Positions 59,225-64,000 of a stretch of 64,000 nt of DNA are shown here, in pieces. Source of the DNA: an uncultured Actinomycetota bacterium (lineage in GTDB: Bacteria > Actinomycetota > Thermoleophilia > RBG-16-64-13). How positions within the stretch are numbered: the stretch's first letter is position 1; every line of letters begins with the position of its first letter. Where the stretch lies: NCBI GenBank assembly GCA_963790415.1, contig CAWBOK010000003.1, positions 404,409 through 468,408 of the forward strand, in the 5' to 3' direction. The translations under genes were made by a program, and so were the position numbers. The notes beneath the pieces were generated by a model that was not told where the DNA came from, searched no databases, and was given only the letters and a program-made list of their open reading frames with translations.

Positions 59225-60931
59225 ATGATCCAATGCGAGTTGATCGTCGTCGGGGGTGGCCTGGCAGGGCTGCGCGCGGCGGTGGAGGCCAAAGCCGAGG
59301 GCATCGACGTGGCGGTTCTGTCGCAGGTGTGGCCGGGACGTAGCCACTCGGGCGCGGCGCAAGGCGGGGTGAACGCCGCCCTGGCGAACCACCCGGAGTC
59401 GGCCGACGACACGTGGGAGAAGCACGCCTTCGACACCGTCAAGGGCTCCGACTACCTGGCCGACCAGGATGCCGTGGCCCAGATGACCAAGGACGCCATC
59501 CCGGTCATCTACGACCTGGACCACTGGGGCTGCCCGTTCAGCCGTTTCGACAACGGCACTATCGCCCAGCGGCCCTTCGGGGGAGCGGGCTACCCGCGCA
59601 CCTGCTATGGGGCCGACAAGACCGGTCACTACATGCTGCACACCATGGTCGAGCAGGCCGTCCAGGCCGGTGTCCCCATGTACGTGGAGTGGTTCGTCAG
59701 CCGCCTGATCGTCGACGACGGCGTGTGCCGCGGTGTGGTGGCCTACGACATGACCAAAGGCGGGTTCCACGCCTTCGCGGCCGACGCCGTCATCATGGCC
59801 ACCGGCGGCGCCGGGCGCACGTACGGCAACTCCACCAACGCGATCATCTCGACGGGGTACGGCATGGCCATGGCCTACCACGCCGGAGTGCCACTCAAGG
59901 ACATGGAGTTCGTCCAGTTCCACCCGACCGGTCTGCTGACCACCAACATCCTGATGACCGAGGGGGCGCGAGGCGAGGGCGGCTATCTCATCAACGATCT
60001 GGGCGAGCGCTTCATGGCAACCTACGCGCCCAAGGCCATGGAACTGGCTCCGCGGGACATCACCTCTCGGTCGATCCAGACCGAGATCAACGAGGGCCGA
60101 GGCATCGGTGGCAAGGATTACGTGTATCTCGATCTGCGTCATTTGGGCGCCGAGAAGATCAAAGACAAGCTGCCCGGCATCCGCGATCTGGCCATCCACT
60201 TCGAAGGAGTGGACCCTGTGGAAGAACCCGTCCCCATTCTTCCGAGCCAACACTACTCCATGGGCGGCATCGATACCGACATGGACGGACAGACCAACCT
60301 TCCCGGCTTCTACGCCGCCGGCGAGTGCGCCTGCGTCTCGGTGCACGGCGGCAACCGCCTTGGCGGTAACTCCCTGCTGGAGACCGTGGTGTTCGGGCGG
60401 CGGGCGGGAGTCGCGGCCTCGCGGTACATCCGGTCCGCCAAGACACGTAGGGACGTCACGCCGGCGGCCGAGCGGGCCGTGGCCGGCATGGAGGCCCGGG
60501 TAGGCGAGCTGGCGGCCCGGGGTGCGGGAGGCGAAGACCCCTACGCCATCCGGGCCGGGATGACCGCTACCATGAAGGACCACTTCGGGGTGTTCCGCGA
60601 GGCCCCCACCATGCAGGCGGGCTTGGATGCGATGCGTCGCTTGAAGGAGCGGGTCGGCACGGTCGGCCTGCGCTACAACGGAGCCGTGCTCAACCTGGAC
60701 ATGATCCGTACGGTCGAACTCGAGGGCATGGTCGACGTGGCCCTCGCCATCGCGGCCGGCGCTCTAGCCCGGACGGAATCCCGGGGTTCGCACTCGCGCA
60801 CGGACTATCCCGACCGCAACGATGCTGATTGGCTGAAACACACGCTCGCCTACTACCAACCGGAGGGCCCGCGCTTGGCCTCCAAACCGGTGACCCTTGG
60901 GATGTTCGAGCCACAGGAGCGGAAATACTGA
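59225..60931 (+). CDS. sdhA: succinate dehydrogenase flavoprotein subunit
   Basis: FAD GxGxxG (VVGGGLAGLRAA), His-FAD site (RSHSGAAQGG), intact 568 aa. Confidence 0.9.
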   Translation: MIQCELIVVGGGLAGLRAAVEAKAEGIDVAVLSQVWPGRSHSGAAQGGVNAALANHPESADDTWEKHAFDTVKGSDYLADQDAVAQMTKDAIPVIYDLDHWGCPFSRFDNGTIAQRPFGGAGYPRTCYGADKTGHYMLHTMVEQAVQAGVPMYVEWFVSRLIVDDGVCRGVVAYDMTKGGFHAFAADAVIMATGGAGRTYGNSTNAIISTGYGMAMAYHAGVPLKDMEFVQFHPTGLLTTNILMTEGARGEGGYLINDLGERFMATYAPKAMELAPRDITSRSIQTEINEGRGIGGKDYVYLDLRHLGAEKIKDKLPGIRDLAIHFEGVDPVEEPVPILPSQHYSMGGIDTDMDGQTNLPGFYAAGECACVSVHGGNRLGGNSLLETVVFGRRAGVAASRYIRSAKTRRDVTPAAERAVAGMEARVGELAARGAGGEDPYAIRAGMTATMKDHFGVFREAPTMQAGLDAMRRLKERVGTVGLRYNGAVLNLDMIRTVELEGMVDVALAIAAGALARTESRGSHSRTDYPDRNDADWLKHTLAYYQPEGPRLASKPVTLGMFEPQERKY

Positions 60932-61656
60932 TGCCTGACGCACAGTTTCGTATCGCACGGTGGGACCCGGAGCACGACGCACCGGGGGCGGTCCGCTACG
61001 ACGAGTTCACGGTACCCTACGAGTCCAGTCTGACGGTGCTCGAGGGATTGTTCTACATCCAGGAGAAGCTTGACGGCTCCCTGGCGTTCCGCTACTGCTG
61101 CCGGGCGGCGGTGTGCGGCTCGTGCGCCATGTACATCGATGGGAGATACCGGCTCGCCTGTCAGACGAACGTTCGACATCTCACCGGTTCGGCGATCACG
61201 GTGGAACCGATGCCCCACATGCCGGTGGTGAAAGACCTGGTCTGCGACATGACCGACTTCTTCGCCAAGTACGAGTACGTGCAGCCGCATCTGATACGGA
61301 ACTCGGCCGATCCGGAGAAGGAGATCCCCCAGTCCCCCAAAGACAGGCACAAGCTCGACATGCCCATCGACTGCATCCTCTGTGGGAGTTGCTACAGCTC
61401 CTGCCCCTCGGTGTGGGGGGAGGAGAACTACGTGGGCCCGGCCGCGCTCTTGAAGGCGTACCGGTTCGAGGTGGACTCCCGCGACGAGGCCCGCCGCGAG
61501 CGGCTACCCCGCTTCGCCAACGAGCGCGCCGTCTACCGCTGCCATACCATCACCAACTGCGTGGAGGCCTGTCCGAAGGAACTCAACCCCACGGAGGCCA
61601 TCCAGTGGCTCAAGGGGGCGGCGGTCAGGCGAAAGTTGCTGGGCAGATTCAAATAG
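60931..61656 (+). CDS. sdhB: succinate dehydrogenase iron-sulfur subunit
   Basis: 2Fe-2S (CRAAVCGSCAM), 4Fe-4S (CILCGSCYSSCP) and 3Fe-4S (CHTITNCVEACP) motifs. Start overlaps the sdhA stop. Confidence 0.85.
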   Translation: MPDAQFRIARWDPEHDAPGAVRYDEFTVPYESSLTVLEGLFYIQEKLDGSLAFRYCCRAAVCGSCAMYIDGRYRLACQTNVRHLTGSAITVEPMPHMPVVKDLVCDMTDFFAKYEYVQPHLIRNSADPEKEIPQSPKDRHKLDMPIDCILCGSCYSSCPSVWGEENYVGPAALLKAYRFEVDSRDEARRERLPRFANERAVYRCHTITNCVEACPKELNPTEAIQWLKGAAVRRKLLGRFK

Positions 61657-61692
61657 CGCGACCCGCGCGAGGCGGCCCCGCGCGCAGTCCGG

Positions 61693-63399
61693 TCAGTACA
61701 CGCGTTCCTGCGGCTGGAACTGGTCGACCACCACGGGCTTGTAGTCCAATCTCGGGCCGTCATCGGTGCGGTAGGCGAGCGTGTGTCGCAGCCATTGGTC
61801 GTCGTCGCGGGCGGGGAAGTCGAGCCGGGAGTGTGCTCCACGCGACTCTTCTCGAGCGAGGGCGGCTTCGGCGGTGGCCAGCGCCAGGTCGATCATGGTG
61901 TCGAGTTCGAGCACACGTAGCATGTCGAGGTTGAAGATCGTTCCGCCGGACCGCACGGCCACCCCGTCGTACCTCTGCCGCAGGTCGCGCAGCTCTCCCA
62001 CGGCTCGGGCCAGCCCGTCACCGGTGCGGAACACCTGCACGTCGCTGTCCATGACGTCGGTCACCTGCGTCCTCATCGCGTAGGCATCCTCGGTCGCCTC
62101 GCGCGACAGCAGCCGGCCGAGCTTGGCCGTGAACGTCTCGAGCGCGGCAGAAACGGCCGGGGCGTGCCGCGCCGGGTTGCTTGGGCGCCGCTGCAGGAAG
62201 GCCGCCGCCGTCTCCCCGGTCAGGGCGCCGAAGACGATGGTCTCGAGCAGCGAGTTGCCGCCCAGCCGGTTGGCTCCGTGCACCGACAGGCAGGCCGCCT
62301 CTCCGGCGGCGAAGAAGCCTTCCACGCAGGTGCTGCCGTCGGTGTTAACGTCGATGCCACCCATGGAGTAGTGCTGACCGGGTTGGATGGGGATGGGCTC
62401 CTCCACCGGGTCCATCCCGGCAAAATGGATGCAGAGGTCGCGGACGCCGGGGAGCCGGTCGTCGATCACCGCCGCCCCCAGGTGGCGCAGGTCGAGGAAG
62501 ACGTAGGGCCTGCCCGCGATCCCTCGCCCCTCGTTGATCTCGATCTGGATCGAGCGGGCCACCAGGTCCCGCGGGGCCAGTTCCATGAAGCTGGGCGCGT
62601 ACCGTTCCATGAAGCGCTCGTTCTCTGAGTTCAGCAGGTAGCCCCCTTCGCCTCGGCACCCCTCGGACATCAGGATGTTCGTGCCGTAGAGGGTCGTGGG
62701 GTGGAATTGCACGAACTCGGGGTCTTTGACTGGGATGCCGGCCCGGTAGGCCATGGCCATGCCGGTACCGGTGTTGATGAGTGCGCTCGTGGAGCGGCCG
62801 AAGATGCGGCCCGATCCACCGGTGGCGAAGAGCACGGCGTCGGCCGAGAGGCCTTCGATTGTGCCGGCGCGGAGGTTGTAGGTCACCAGCCCGTGGCACA
62901 CGCCCTCGTCCACGACCAACTCCTGCACCGAGTACTCGTCGTACACCTTCAGGCCGCGGGCGACGGCCTGCTCGTAGCAGGTGTGCAGCAGATAGTGGCC
63001 GGTCTTGTCGGCGGCGTAGCACGCCCGGGGGAAGCGGGTGCCGCCGAGCGGGCGTTGGGCGACGGTGCCATCGTCGAAACGACTGAAGGGCGTGCCCCAG
63101 TGCTCCATCTCGTAGATGCAGACGGGGGCCTCGTCGCACAGGATGCGGATGGCGTCCTGGTCTCCCAGGTAGTCCGAGCCTTTGACGGTGTCGAAGGCGT
63201 GATACTCGGGAGTGTCCTCGCGGGATTCCGGGTGGTTCCCCAGACTGGCGTTGATGCCTCCTTGGGCCGCGCCGGAATGGGAGCGCACGGGGTGCACCAT
63301 CGAGACCACCGCGCAATCGACTCCGGCGCTCGTGGCCTTGATGGCCGCCCGCAGGCCTGCCAATCCCCCGCCCACGATCAGCAACTGATGATGGTTCAT
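61693..63399 (-). CDS. second succinate-dehydrogenase/fumarate-reductase-type flavoprotein (SdhA/FrdA paralog)
   Basis: Full-length 568-aa paralog (LIVGGGLAGLRAA...RSHSGAAQGG...), convergent with sdhCDAB. Confidence 0.8.
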   Translation of the reverse strand: MNHHQLLIVGGGLAGLRAAIKATSAGVDCAVVSMVHPVRSHSGAAQGGINASLGNHPESREDTPEYHAFDTVKGSDYLGDQDAIRILCDEAPVCIYEMEHWGTPFSRFDDGTVAQRPLGGTRFPRACYAADKTGHYLLHTCYEQAVARGLKVYDEYSVQELVVDEGVCHGLVTYNLRAGTIEGLSADAVLFATGGSGRIFGRSTSALINTGTGMAMAYRAGIPVKDPEFVQFHPTTLYGTNILMSEGCRGEGGYLLNSENERFMERYAPSFMELAPRDLVARSIQIEINEGRGIAGRPYVFLDLRHLGAAVIDDRLPGVRDLCIHFAGMDPVEEPIPIQPGQHYSMGGIDVNTDGSTCVEGFFAAGEAACLSVHGANRLGGNSLLETIVFGALTGETAAAFLQRRPSNPARHAPAVSAALETFTAKLGRLLSREATEDAYAMRTQVTDVMDSDVQVFRTGDGLARAVGELRDLRQRYDGVAVRSGGTIFNLDMLRVLELDTMIDLALATAEAALAREESRGAHSRLDFPARDDDQWLRHTLAYRTDDGPRLDYKPVVVDQFQPQERVY

Positions 63400-63403
63400 G
63401 CGG

Positions 63404-64000
63404 CTAGCTCCTGCGGCTTGCGCCGTCGCCGATGCCGGCGAACAGCTGGGTCATGTCGGCGAGCGAGTCGAGTTTCCGCAGCCTGCTCAGCAGACGATCG
63501 GGATCGTCGCCGGCGAGGGTTCCGGAGGCAAGCAACAGGAACTTCGCGTCGAGCTCGGTGTCGGTGACCGGGTTCTCGGGGTCGCCTTTGGGGGTGTCGA
63601 CGCGGCACGTATACACCTGCCCGGAGGTGGTCTCCACCCGCACCCGAGCCGGCCAGAAACGCGGATAGACCGCATCCAGGCTCGGGTCGACGCGGAGGCT
63701 CACCCGCTCCATGATCTGAGTCACCCGCGGGTCGACGAGAGCCTCCTCGGTGAAGGCATCCAAGGACAGACGGCCCAACAACGCAGCCTGCGCCAGGCAG
63801 AAGGGTACGTTGAACTTGGCCGCCCATGGAGTGGAAGGAACGACGTCCTTGAGCAACTCGTAGGCCCCGGTGTAGACGTAGGCCTGGATGTCCTGGAGGT
63901 CGTCGGCTGCCAGTGCGTGTTCGCGCATCAGTCCCAGCACCGCGTCCACCGACGAGTGCGTGTGCCTGCACGACGCGTGGTACTTGATGGACACCCCCGG
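63404..64000 (-). CDS. MmgE/PrpD-family (2-methylcitrate dehydratase-like) protein, C-terminal part; 5' end outside the window
   Basis: C-terminal domain similarity (KYHASCRHTHSSVDAVL...). ORF is open to the window edge. Confidence 0.6.
   Translation of the reverse strand, partial: PGVSIKYHASCRHTHSSVDAVLGLMREHALAADDLQDIQAYVYTGAYELLKDVVPSTPWAAKFNVPFCLAQAALLGRLSLDAFTEEALVDPRVTQIMERVSLRVDPSLDAVYPRFWPARVRVETTSGQVYTCRVDTPKGDPENPVTDTELDAKFLLLASGTLAGDDPDRLLSRLRKLDSLADMTQLFAGIGDGASRRS

Overview
High-GC (~68-70%) bacterial chromosomal segment; SLH-domain proteins and a norCB cluster suggest a Chloroflexi/Thermomicrobia- or Actinobacteria-like aerobe. Housekeeping blocks: rlmN, trpS, trpB2, methylmalonyl-CoA epimerase/mutase, sucCD, class-I fumarase, sdhCDAB plus a second frdA-like flavoprotein, malic enzyme, reductive pyrimidine catabolism (NCS1 permease, PydA, aminotransferase, MmsA), and norCB. 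Also a two-component system, a NosR/NapH-like polyferredoxin, a VapBC pair, a GH57/GT4 alpha-glucan cluster, and a graveyard of mobile-element and gene fragments at 46.6-47.7 kb. The most interesting region is 1-8.3 kb, one plus-strand operon that looks like a corrinoid-dependent methyltransferase system: two MtaA/UroD-like methyltransferases, a B12-binding corrinoid protein, a QueG/RdhA-like Fe-S protein, G3E/CobW-type GTPases, two DGC-domain paralogs and a GcvH-like protein. In this operon four genes contain single in-frame TGA codons, each followed 9-15 nt downstream by a GC-rich hairpin whose apical loop is G-rich (bacterial SECIS-like). One TGA sits in the CxCC metal-binding motif of a CobW-like GTPase. 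The other three sit in the CxxC redox motif of small thioredoxin-fold proteins (two UxxC, one CxxU). I read these as candidate selenoproteins. Separate caveat: more than 20 genes, including essential ones (mutase, epimerase, sdhD), are split by single-base +1 frame changes that are all in the same direction. That pattern looks like systematic single-base insertion errors in the assembly rather than gene decay. Frameshifts in this window should therefore not be over-read as pseudogenes. The TGA codons are substitutions, not indels, and are supported by conserved motif position plus the hairpins. No rRNA, tRNA or CRISPR array was seen.
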